A stretch of 64,000 bases of DNA, taken from Candidatus Latescibacterota bacterium. GTDB lineage: Bacteria > Latescibacterota > UBA2968. Of the stretch, positions 48,555-57,663 are shown piece after piece (position 1 is the stretch's first letter; the number at the start of each line of letters is the position of its first letter). The notes under the pieces were generated by a model that had not been told where the DNA came from, ran no database searches, and was given only the letters and a program-made list of their open reading frames with translations. Both the position numbers and the translations under genes were made by a program. Location of the stretch: the NCBI GenBank assembly GCA_965222605.1, contig OZ244960.1, forward strand, positions 192,001-256,000, written 5' to 3'.

Positions 48555-48583
48555 TTGACGTATAAATCTGTGCGGGCTATGTT
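48555..48583 (+). promoter_or_regulatory. Sigma70-like promoter of the redoxin lipoprotein gene
   Basis: TTGACG-17 nt-TATGTT. Confidence 0.5.
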
Positions 48584-48636
48584 ATATGGAACTTGAGGAG
48601 GCGCAATTGCGTAAAAGCCAAGAGAGGAGATTTATC

Positions 48637-51600
48637 ATGAATAACACACGGTTCAATCAGAATAGTCGCGTACCGGCACTGATGATCGCAGTGATGTTTA
48701 TTGCTGGGACAATGATAATTGGCTGTGCTGAGCAAATAAATGTTGATCAATTTGCCTTTGAGGGCGGCATTGCGATAACCGATACCAGTAAAGTATCGCG
48801 CCATACGCTTCCACTGAAAATGCGCGATGGGCGCAGGTGGTGGCACGGCAGCGACGGGCTTTATTTACAAGATGGGGATGCGTGGCAAAAGTTCACATTG
48901 CCAGAGGGTGGTTCATTGGTGAGCATCAGTGCCTTTCTACAGGCTCGCAATGGCTCGGTATGGTTTGCCAGCTTGTATAAGGAACGCCCGGTTATCGCGA
49001 ACTTTATTGGCAAAACATGGCGGATATGGGACAACAAAACGGGTTTGGGAGAACACGGTATTGGATCAAAATTTGCCGAAGATACAGATGGCGGTATATG
49101 GATTCGCACGAGCCATAAAGATATTACAGCACGCGGTGGCTTTGATCGCGTTCAGGGCGGAAACGGAGTTTTGCACTTTGATGGTGAAACATGGCACAAC
49201 TATACCGTGGAAGATGGATTGATTCACAATCGGGTTTACGATGTAGAAGCCGATCCCAAAGGCGGGATGTGGATCGCAACCCTTCGCGGATTGAGCCATT
49301 ACAAAGATGGAAAATGGACATCTTACCTCGTCGATAATATTCCCGTTGAGGAGATACGCAGTGCTCATGTGTACGAGGGTCGCAAGATCTATGAGCTATT
49401 TTATGATCGAAAAGGCACACTTTGGGCTGTACATGGATCGCATCGCGGACGCACCATAACGCGGTGCAGAGGAGGGATTTCCAGCTTTGACGGCACAACA
49501 TGGACATACCAGGATGCTCATGCAGGATTGCCCATTCGCGCTTCTCGAAATATCTGGCAAACAGAAAACGGCGATTTGTGGTTTGGCACGCACTCAGATG
49601 ACCACAAAGTGGTAGAAGCCAGGGGATTGGTGCGTTATAAAGATGGAATGTGGCTGCGATTGACGCGCAGACACGGCATTCCCGGCGATTATGTGCGGAG
49701 TCTGATAGAAAAAGGAGATGGCTCTTTTTATTTAGATATGTACGGTATCGCGTCATACAGGCCACCTGTTGATAGCCTGACAACGATTTCGGGTAAGGTC
49801 ATTGATCAGCGCAACGCCCAGTCTGCAGCAAATATGGGAATATGGGTTGAATACGACGATGGCGAGGTGCATGCGGGGACCGTGACGGATGAAAATGGTT
49901 ACTATCGCGTTGAAGTCACCCCCGGATCGTATCGCGTGCGGATTGCGTCCAAAAATGCGGCGGATCCTGTGACTGTTGACGCCGGATCTGAGCGCGAAAT
50001 CGACAATATTGATCTCCTTTTGCTCAACTCGCGCCGCATCTCTGGCCGCGTACTCGACACATCGGATAATCCGATTGCCAATGCTGTCGTAGTGATTTCA
50101 GATGCTTCTTCAGGAGACCGACAATTATCTCCCCAGGTCGTCACCACAGATGCCAATGGGAAATTTGAAGGCTGGCAGGTCGCGGGACCACGGGCGACTT
50201 TTGAGGTCGCAGCAGCAGGATATGCACAAACCGCGCTAACAGTTGAAAATACAGCCAAAGACCAGATAGCGATTGCCCTGAAAGAAGGAATAACCCTGCA
50301 CGGTCGCGTTGTCGATGAATCCGACCAACCCGTCGCAGGGGCGCGCGTTGCCCAGGGGCGGTCCCCGATTCCTGGTGCGCAAGCCTCCGCATATACAAAT
50401 CCACCTCCCCTACCCTTTCACCACAATACCTATACCGATGCGTCGGGTTTATTTACTTTTGAGAATATAGATGTGTTCAAAGGTCATATCTGGGTAACCC
50501 ATCCCGAGATCGGAATCATGAGCCAAAAAATTGTACCTGCCGATAATACAATAAAACTCAAAATTGACGACGCGGGTCATGCGGTGATGGATATAGATAT
50601 CCCGGTGAGGCGTCTGCGTGTTTATTCTGTTTCAGGCGTGGTATCGCGAAATGAAGGTTCCGTAGAAGGCTTGAAAATCAGGGCCCTTTCATTTGAAAGA
50701 TCAAGTGGCCCTATTCATCCCAAAACGGCCCATACAGATGCTAACGGGGCATATCGTTTGAATGATCTGGAGCCAGGGGAATATTACATTTCCATGAGTG
50801 TACCCGAAGAAACGGAAATAGACGGGAACACGATGACAGTACATCGTCCTGTTCAATCTCGAATGCTGGTAATTGAAGACCGCGATGTAACGTTGAACTT
50901 TATACCCCTGGGTGACGCGCGAATTACAGGTATTGCGACTCACAACGGACAGCCTATTTCAGAAGTTTATGTAAGCACCCGTATTTTAGCAGATGATCCT
51001 GAGAATTTTGTCTCACTAAGTGGGGTTGACACAGACAAAGAGGGACGATTTGAATTGCGCGATATGCCTTCTGGACGGATTGCCATTTCTCTTCACAAAA
51101 TGGACCATCCCGGTTCTGGTGGAAAACAATGGAGCAAAGTCGATACTATCGATCTGACGGATACAAAAGAATTGAGTTACATGGCGTCATTGGATATGGA
51201 GGAACGCCCGCCTTTGAGCGTGGGAGATATCGCCCCTGAATTTGAGGCCAAACAGTTAGATGGTTCAACATTCCGACTCGCAGATTACCGCGGGGAAAAA
51301 GCCGTTTTGATTGATTTTTGGGCAACGTGGTGTGGCCCGTGTATTGATGAAATTCCGATGATCAAAAGAATTGCCGAAACGTATCGAGACCAGGGCTTGG
51401 AAGTTGTGGGTGTGAGTTTGGATCGGGATGAGCAGGCACTGCGAGATTTTGTTAAACAAGAAAATCTGAGTTATGTACAGGTATTTGAAAAAGAAAAAAC
51501 GCAGACGATTTCAAAATCCTATGGTGTATGGGGAATCCCATCGGTATTTCTGGTAGATAAAAACGGCGTCATCAACGCGCTGAATCTACGCGGAGAACGC

Positions 51601-51639
51601 ACAGAAGCGGCTGTGAAGAAGTTATTAGATACCAACTGA
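48637..51639 (+). CDS. Lipoprotein: sensor-type beta-propeller + carboxypeptidase-regulatory-like Ig repeats + TlpA-like thioredoxin
   Basis: AGGAG SD; lipobox IIGC; YTVEDGLIHNRV and GGMWIAT propeller repeats; ISGRVLD...PIANA and TDANG.Y repeats; LIDFWATWCGPC. Confidence 0.85.
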   Translation: MNNTRFNQNSRVPALMIAVMFIAGTMIIGCAEQINVDQFAFEGGIAITDTSKVSRHTLPLKMRDGRRWWHGSDGLYLQDGDAWQKFTLPEGGSLVSISAFLQARNGSVWFASLYKERPVIANFIGKTWRIWDNKTGLGEHGIGSKFAEDTDGGIWIRTSHKDITARGGFDRVQGGNGVLHFDGETWHNYTVEDGLIHNRVYDVEADPKGGMWIATLRGLSHYKDGKWTSYLVDNIPVEEIRSAHVYEGRKIYELFYDRKGTLWAVHGSHRGRTITRCRGGISSFDGTTWTYQDAHAGLPIRASRNIWQTENGDLWFGTHSDDHKVVEARGLVRYKDGMWLRLTRRHGIPGDYVRSLIEKGDGSFYLDMYGIASYRPPVDSLTTISGKVIDQRNAQSAANMGIWVEYDDGEVHAGTVTDENGYYRVEVTPGSYRVRIASKNAADPVTVDAGSEREIDNIDLLLLNSRRISGRVLDTSDNPIANAVVVISDASSGDRQLSPQVVTTDANGKFEGWQVAGPRATFEVAAAGYAQTALTVENTAKDQIAIALKEGITLHGRVVDESDQPVAGARVAQGRSPIPGAQASAYTNPPPLPFHHNTYTDASGLFTFENIDVFKGHIWVTHPEIGIMSQKIVPADNTIKLKIDDAGHAVMDIDIPVRRLRVYSVSGVVSRNEGSVEGLKIRALSFERSSGPIHPKTAHTDANGAYRLNDLEPGEYYISMSVPEETEIDGNTMTVHRPVQSRMLVIEDRDVTLNFIPLGDARITGIATHNGQPISEVYVSTRILADDPENFVSLSGVDTDKEGRFELRDMPSGRIAISLHKMDHPGSGGKQWSKVDTIDLTDTKELSYMASLDMEERPPLSVGDIAPEFEAKQLDGSTFRLADYRGEKAVLIDFWATWCGPCIDEIPMIKRIAETYRDQGLEVVGVSLDRDEQALRDFVKQENLSYVQVFEKEKTQTISKSYGVWGIPSVFLVDKNGVINALNLRGERTEAAVKKLLDTN

Positions 51640-51675
51640 ATCTCAGGCTTCAAATTGAGCTTCTAATACGCATTC

Positions 51676-51706
51676 AACCGCCCGGCAATAACGGGCGGTT
51701 TTTTTT
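51676..51706 (+). terminator. Intrinsic terminator
   Basis: AACCGCCC...GGGCGGTT + T run; near copy at 56907. Confidence 0.8.
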
Positions 51707-51845
51707 AGCTATCAGCGGTCAGCAAAGCATGTGTACATAAAGGCCGTCATCGCGGCATGTTTTTGAGCCGCGATCCAGAGGTTTGATTGCCATTACTAAC
51801 GTTGTGGTTGTCCTGCTACTCACTACCCACTGACCGCTGATAGCT
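51707..51845. repeat. Inverted-repeat-bounded intergenic element with an internal REP-like hairpin
   Basis: 16-bp perfect IR AGCTATCAGCGGTCAG (51707-51722) / CTGACCGCTGATAGCT (51830-51845); internal GTCATCGCGGC..GCCGCGATCCA. Confidence 0.6.
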
Positions 51846-51868
51846 GATCCCGAAGTTACATATCGCGC

Positions 51869-51951
51869 TACTAATTATTTCGCATTTTAGACTTGACAGT
51901 GGGTTTTTAATCGGCTATTTTCTTGAAAATTTATGTGCTAATTATTTCGCA
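51869..51951 (+). promoter_or_regulatory. Promoter with two putative repressor operators upstream of GWxTD-1
   Basis: TTGACA(51893)-17 nt-TATTTT flanked by T(A/G)CTAATTATTTCGCA at 51869-51884 and 51936-51951. Confidence 0.7.
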
Positions 51952-52002
51952 AAATATCATTCAGGTTGATAAAAAGACCACCCCCTTTTAAAGGAAATAA
52001 CA

Positions 52003-54399
52003 ATGCGATTTAAAACTCATATCGGATTGATCGCGTTAGCTTGCTTTTTGGGTACTGGCTCGTCCAAAGGCGAAACAACCATAGACTCGCTGTTTCAAGC
52101 GGCAGTAGAGCACGGCAAGGTGAGCCGTGCGGAAAGCATTGTGGCTTTCGAGGAGATTATTTCCAAAGATAGAAATTATGCGCCTGTATACAACGAATTG
52201 GCCAAACTGCATCTGTTGGACTACAGCGTAAATGGCCGACAGCGCGCAATGCGGAGGATCCAGCAGGCAATCGAAATTGATCCCGCCAATATTGAGTATC
52301 GGCTGACACGCGGGAAGATTTTGTGGCATCAAGGCTTTCGGTCACGCGCATTGAACCAATTCAAAGACGTGATCGAAAAGCATCCGCAAAATACGGATGT
52401 TCTCAATGGTCTGGGTATGTTCTGGGTGTATGATTTCTTGGCACAGAAAGATAGAAGAACTATACATTATTCAAGAATCACAGGAGCGAGAAAATCCATA
52501 GATTTCAAGATATTTGCCCAGGAACCCAAACAAGAAGCAATTCAGGTCTTGCGAAAAAGTATCCAATTGGATGGGACCAATCAGCAACCCTATTATTTGT
52601 TGGGCATCCTTTACTTTGAAGATAAATACTGGGATGCGTTCCATGCCCTGATGCAAGCCCTGCGCGCGCAATATCCAGATGACAAAAATGCACTGTTGTT
52701 CTGTGGACTTGCCGCCTATCAGATTGGCGAGTTCAATGAATCGCATGAATACTATCAACGCGCTCTTGACTTGATGAGTGTGGAAGAGCGCGAGTTGCTC
52801 GAATCTATCGACCTGCTCGTGCCTCAAGAAGATCATGCATCCCGCGATACGACGCAGACGATTGATGAGCTATTGGAACGCGAGATGTTTTGGAAGAGTC
52901 AGGACCCGCTCTATTTATCTGATTTTAACGAAAGAAAGATGGCACACTTTGGTCGAATGGCTTATGCAAATTTGCGGTTCAGGCGATTTTCAGATAATGT
53001 CGAAGGCTGGCAGACGGATATGGGGAAGACCTATATCAAATTTGGAAGATATAGAGGTCGATTGACAATCTATAAAGCGGCCTGGGATTCTAAAGAGGTC
53101 TTGAATGCTGCAATGATGGAGCTCTGGTATTACGAAAACTTTTATTTCAAATTTTGTGGCACCACGGATGATATCTGGCATTTTTGCGGCGGAACTGTGG
53201 TCGGCGGCGCAAGTCTGGTCCCTAAAGTAGAAACCAGTGCCTTTAATATCAACCCCAACGCTGGTTTGCCACGAAGAGCACCGTCTTCTTATGTACCACC
53301 TGCATTGGAAGAGGCCTCGCATCATACCTTCCGAAAAACAGCCCAACGCTTTGTTGACCCGTATTTAGAGAGAAAATACACCCTCCCCTATCAGATCGCT
53401 GCCTTTGAAGAACAAAACAGGATGCGGATCGAACTCAGCTATATGATTCCCAAAGACCGATTAACAGAAAATCCTGAAACGGGTAAAGTGAGTTTTTGGG
53501 ACGGCGTCTTCTTCTATGATCAGCAGTGGAATGATATGTATAACCATCGCAAATCCAAGACCCTCTCTTTGCTGCAGCCGAAGCCGGCACAAAACGCCGC
53601 TGCACAACATCGCAACGATCACCTGTTGATCTCGCGCACGGTATCTGTACGCCAGGACAGCTATCATTTTTCAGTAGAATTGTTGGATCAAACATCTGGT
53701 CTAATTGGTGTGGCACGCGACGAGAAACCCTTCGTGTATGATCAGGAGACCTTCCATCTGAGTGATCTGTTGGTCGGCAGCGATATTCAAGCGCGCAATG
53801 CATTGATAGAAAACCGTGCCGATCTGCACATCATCCCCAATCCAGTTCGCACATTTGCACCATCTGAACCAGTGTTTATCTATCTGGAACTATATGATCT
53901 CCAACGCGACGACTTTGGCAGCACGCGGTATGAGATTTCCTACACCATCGGCAAGCCAGAGGTGGATACCCTGTCTCCGACCTTGTTCGCATCTCAAAGT
54001 CTGATTGAGACCATGGGTAAAACAGAGATTGATCTGCGGAGAGGACAAACAGATTATATAGCCGCTCAGGGGTTGCAGACAGATCGATCAGAGGATAGCG
54101 AGGAGGACATTAGCGCATTTGTCGATAGCCTTATGTTGGGTGAGACGATGGTTTATACGAGTGGTGGTCAAGTCCATCACATCCCTGCTGAGGGCTTGGA
54201 GATCAAGCGGTCACGACATGGCGATTTGACCCGCACAGTGACAGCCGATTACGAAGGCAATCGAGAAAATGATTTTACGTATTTGCAGATTGATGTGAAT
54301 CAGGTACCTGAAGGGATTTATCAACTGACGGTATTGGCGAAGGACAAGCGGACTGAGCAGACGGATAGGAAATACGTTTATTTCCGAATTGTAGAGTAA
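52003..54399 (+). CDS. GWxTD domain protein with TPR repeats, paralogue 1
   Basis: Signal peptide; TPR-like helices; FWKSQDP, NER...H..R..YAN.RF, GWQTDMGKTYIKFG, LSDLLV. Confidence 0.88.
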   Translation: MRFKTHIGLIALACFLGTGSSKGETTIDSLFQAAVEHGKVSRAESIVAFEEIISKDRNYAPVYNELAKLHLLDYSVNGRQRAMRRIQQAIEIDPANIEYRLTRGKILWHQGFRSRALNQFKDVIEKHPQNTDVLNGLGMFWVYDFLAQKDRRTIHYSRITGARKSIDFKIFAQEPKQEAIQVLRKSIQLDGTNQQPYYLLGILYFEDKYWDAFHALMQALRAQYPDDKNALLFCGLAAYQIGEFNESHEYYQRALDLMSVEERELLESIDLLVPQEDHASRDTTQTIDELLEREMFWKSQDPLYLSDFNERKMAHFGRMAYANLRFRRFSDNVEGWQTDMGKTYIKFGRYRGRLTIYKAAWDSKEVLNAAMMELWYYENFYFKFCGTTDDIWHFCGGTVVGGASLVPKVETSAFNINPNAGLPRRAPSSYVPPALEEASHHTFRKTAQRFVDPYLERKYTLPYQIAAFEEQNRMRIELSYMIPKDRLTENPETGKVSFWDGVFFYDQQWNDMYNHRKSKTLSLLQPKPAQNAAAQHRNDHLLISRTVSVRQDSYHFSVELLDQTSGLIGVARDEKPFVYDQETFHLSDLLVGSDIQARNALIENRADLHIIPNPVRTFAPSEPVFIYLELYDLQRDDFGSTRYEISYTIGKPEVDTLSPTLFASQSLIETMGKTEIDLRRGQTDYIAAQGLQTDRSEDSEEDISAFVDSLMLGETMVYTSGGQVHHIPAEGLEIKRSRHGDLTRTVTADYEGNRENDFTYLQIDVNQVPEGIYQLTVLAKDKRTEQTDRKYVYFRIVE

Positions 54400-54409
54400 A
54401 GGAATAACA

Positions 54410-56863
54410 ATGCGATTTACAACTCATATCGGATTGATCGCGTTGGTTTGTCTTTTGGGTTCTGGCTTGACCAGAGGCGAAACCACAATAGACACGCTGT
54501 TTCAGAATGCAATGGAGCAAGTCGGTCAGGTGAGTCGAAAGGAAAGCATCAAAGCTTTCGAGGAGATTATTTCCAAAGATAGAGATTATGCACCTACATA
54601 TAATGAATTGGCCAAACTGCATCTGTTGGACCACAGCGTAAATGGGCGACAGCACGCAATGCAGATGATCCGGCAGGCAATCGCGCTTGACCCTGCCAAT
54701 GTTGAGTATCGGTTGACACGCGGAAAGATTTTGTGGCATCAAGACTTTCGGTCACGCGCCTTGAACCAATTCAAAGACATGACCAAAAAGCATCCGCAAA
54801 ATACGGTTGTCCTCAATAGTATAGGTATGTTCTTGGTGTATGATTTCCTATCACAGAAAGATAGAAGAGCGCCATTGAAAGAGATGGACATGGGGTCCAG
54901 GGTACCACATTACAAGACAATGGCAATGAAGCCCAGGATAAAAGATTTCAAGACCTTTGCCCAGGAATCCAAACAAGAAGCAATCCAGGTCCTGCGAAAA
55001 AGCATCCAATTGGATGCCACTAATCAGCAATCCTATTATTTGCTGGGCATCCTCTACTTTGAAGATGAGAACTGGAATGCGTTTCATGCCTTGATGCAAG
55101 ACTTGTACGCGCACAACCCAGATGACAAAAATGCGCTCTTGTTCTGTGGGCTTGCCGCCTATCAAATTGGCGAATTCAATGACTCACATGAATACTATCA
55201 ACGCGCCCTTGACTTGATGAGTGTTGAAGAACGTGAGTTGCTCGAATCAATTGACCTGCTCGTGTCCGAAGAAGATCATGCATCCCGCGATACGACGCAG
55301 GCAATTGATGAATTATTAGAACGCGAGATGTTTTGGAAGCGCCAGGACCCGCTCTATTTGTCTGATTTTAATGAAAGAAAGATGGCACATTTTGGTCGCA
55401 TGGCTTATGCAAATTTGCGGTTCAGGCGATTTTTGGATGATGTTGAGGGGTGGCAGACAGATATGGGGAAGACCTACATCAAATTTGGAAGATATAGACG
55501 TCGCGTGACAACCTATAAAGGGACATGGGATTCTGAAAAGGTCCTGGATGCCGCAATGATGGAGTTCTGGTATTACGAAAACTTTCAGTTCAAATTTTGT
55601 GGCACTACGGATGATATCTGGCATTTTTGCGGCGGTGCTGTAGGCTACCTCCCAAGCACGGTGCCTGCAGTAGAAACCAGTGGTTTTACGATCACGAAGA
55701 GAGCAGAGGATGATGTTAAGAGGATACGACCGTATTTTATGATGAGAATATCACCGGCTTCCTTTGTTCCACCTATATCTATATTAACAGAAGCCCCGCA
55801 TCATATCTTCCGAAAAATAGCCCAACGCTTTGTCGATCCTTACCTCAATCGAAAATACACTCTTCCCCATCAGATCGCCGCCTTTGAAGAACGAGACAGC
55901 ATGCGGGTCGAACTCAGCTATATGATTCCCAAAGACCGATTAACAGAAAATTCCGAAACGGGCAAGGTGAGTTTTTGGGATGGGGTGTTCTTCTTTGATC
56001 AGCAGTGGAATGAGGTGTATAAATATCGCAAATCCGTGAGCTTTGCATTGCCGCCGCAGAAGCCAGCCTCCAATGCTGCTGCACGACATCGCAACGATCA
56101 CCTGTTGATCTCCCGCACATTGTCTGTACCTCAAGGCAGCTATCATGTTTCTGTAGAATTATTGGATCAGACATCCGGCGCAATTGGTATTGCACGCAAT
56201 GAGGAACAATTTTTGTATGACCAGGAGCCCTTTCATCTGAGCGATCTGCTCGTCGGCAACGATATTCAAACGAAGAAAGCATTGCCAGAAAGCCGCGACG
56301 ACCTGCACATCACACCCAATCCTGTTCGCACATTTTCACAGTCTGAACCGGTCTTTATCTATCTGGAACTGTATGATCTCCAACGCGACGATTTTGGCAG
56401 TACGCAGTATGAGATCTCCTACACCATTGGCAAGCCAGAGGTAGATACGCTATCGCCCACATTGTTCGCGTCTCAAAACGTGATTGACACCTTGGGTACC
56501 ACGACAATTGATCTGCGGGTTGAACAAGCAGAATCCAGTCTCGCAGAAGGCTTGGTGACAGAGGGGTCACAAGATGGTCTGTTTGGTGATAGTGATATAT
56601 GGGGCGAGACGAAGGTTTATACGAGTGGTGGTCAAGTCCATCACATCGCCGCCGAAGGCTTGAAGATCAACCGATCAAAAGATGGCGATTTGACCCGTAC
56701 AGTAACAGCCAACTACGAAGGCAATCGAGAAAATGATTTCACGTATTTGCAGATTGATGTGAATCAGGTGCCTGAAGGGATTTATCAATTAACTGTATTG
56801 GCAAAAGACAAGCAGACTGATCAGACGGATAGGAAATACGTTTATTTTCGGGTTGTAAAGTGA
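54410..56863 (+). CDS. GWxTD domain protein with TPR repeats, paralogue 2
   Basis: Same architecture and GWQTDMG motif; tandem paralogue. Confidence 0.88.
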   Translation: MRFTTHIGLIALVCLLGSGLTRGETTIDTLFQNAMEQVGQVSRKESIKAFEEIISKDRDYAPTYNELAKLHLLDHSVNGRQHAMQMIRQAIALDPANVEYRLTRGKILWHQDFRSRALNQFKDMTKKHPQNTVVLNSIGMFLVYDFLSQKDRRAPLKEMDMGSRVPHYKTMAMKPRIKDFKTFAQESKQEAIQVLRKSIQLDATNQQSYYLLGILYFEDENWNAFHALMQDLYAHNPDDKNALLFCGLAAYQIGEFNDSHEYYQRALDLMSVEERELLESIDLLVSEEDHASRDTTQAIDELLEREMFWKRQDPLYLSDFNERKMAHFGRMAYANLRFRRFLDDVEGWQTDMGKTYIKFGRYRRRVTTYKGTWDSEKVLDAAMMEFWYYENFQFKFCGTTDDIWHFCGGAVGYLPSTVPAVETSGFTITKRAEDDVKRIRPYFMMRISPASFVPPISILTEAPHHIFRKIAQRFVDPYLNRKYTLPHQIAAFEERDSMRVELSYMIPKDRLTENSETGKVSFWDGVFFFDQQWNEVYKYRKSVSFALPPQKPASNAAARHRNDHLLISRTLSVPQGSYHVSVELLDQTSGAIGIARNEEQFLYDQEPFHLSDLLVGNDIQTKKALPESRDDLHITPNPVRTFSQSEPVFIYLELYDLQRDDFGSTQYEISYTIGKPEVDTLSPTLFASQNVIDTLGTTTIDLRVEQAESSLAEGLVTEGSQDGLFGDSDIWGETKVYTSGGQVHHIAAEGLKINRSKDGDLTRTVTANYEGNRENDFTYLQIDVNQVPEGIYQLTVLAKDKQTDQTDRKYVYFRVVK

Positions 56864-56906
56864 AGTACGATACCAATTCGCCGGTTGTGTCTTGATATTC
56901 GTCCTG

Positions 56907-56940
56907 ACCGCCCAGCAGCAACGGGCGGTTTTTTATTTTT
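56907..56940 (+). terminator. Intrinsic terminator
   Basis: ACCGCCC...GGGCGGT + T run. Confidence 0.75.
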
Positions 56941-56975
56941 GAGTCAACTGCAATCTTCTGTGCATTTAAAAACAC

Positions 56976-57058
56976 TGCTAATTTTTTCGCTATTTGGGCT
57001 TGACAACGAATTTTTAATCGGCTATGTTTCTGAAAATTGGTATGCTAATTATTTCGCA
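56976..57058 (+). promoter_or_regulatory. blaI promoter with two putative operators
   Basis: TTGACA(57000)-17 nt-TATGTT flanked by TGCTAATTTTTTCGCT (56976-56991) and TGCTAATTATTTCGCA (57043-57058). Confidence 0.75.
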
Positions 57059-57078
57059 TAGTATCATTCAGGTTAATA

Positions 57079-57260
57079 ACTGATGTTACGCATAGGCACA
57101 ATATAATGCGCCTGTCATTCTGAGCGGAGCGCAGCGGAGTCGAAGAATCTATATACTTCAGAGGTAAAAGATGCTTCGTCAGCCTATCGGGTGTTGGGCG
57201 CAGGAGATTCATTGCGCCCGCCTCAGCATGACAGAAACGCGAGACATGCGTAACATCAGT
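57079..57260. mobile_element. 182-bp MITE in the blaI 5' leader
   Basis: 15-bp perfect TIR ACTGATGTTACGCAT / ATGCGTAACATCAGT flanked by a TAATA direct repeat; absent from the paralogous promoter near 51965. Confidence 0.8.
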
Positions 57261-57279
57261 TAATAAAAAGGAGCTAAAA

Positions 57280-57663
57280 ATGGCAAGGCCACGACAAGAG
57301 GGTTTGACTGCCCGAGAGATAGAACTCATACAGGTACTCTGGCAACAGAAACAGGCAACCGTCGAGATGATCCAGGCAAAATTGCCCGACCGATTAGAAG
57401 GATCAACCATTCGCACACTCTTACAGATTATGGAAGACAAAGGCTATGTGGCACACGAAAAACAAGGACGCGCCAATGTGTACCGCCCCGTGATCGAACA
57501 GCAGAGAGTTCAATCATCGGCAATGAAACACATCATTCAAAAACTATTTGGCGGTTCAACCGAACTCTTGCTGGCGCGACTGGTTGAAGACGAAGAGATA
57601 GATCTGGACGACGTCGCGCGATTGCGTGCAAAACTCAAGCAACGCAAAGGAGGCGCATCATGA
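57280..57663 (+). CDS. blaI: BlaI/MecI/CopY family transcriptional repressor
   Basis: LTAREIELIQVLW, STIRTLLQIMEDKGYV, GRANVYRP, KLFGGS. Confidence 0.93.
   Translation: MARPRQEGLTAREIELIQVLWQQKQATVEMIQAKLPDRLEGSTIRTLLQIMEDKGYVAHEKQGRANVYRPVIEQQRVQSSAMKHIIQKLFGGSTELLLARLVEDEEIDLDDVARLRAKLKQRKGGAS

Noticed and set aside
48520-48615. BlaI-type operator upstream of the redoxin lipoprotein
   Set aside because: Only a different short palindrome (CGCAATTGCG) is present; the TGCTAATTATTTCGCA motif is absent.
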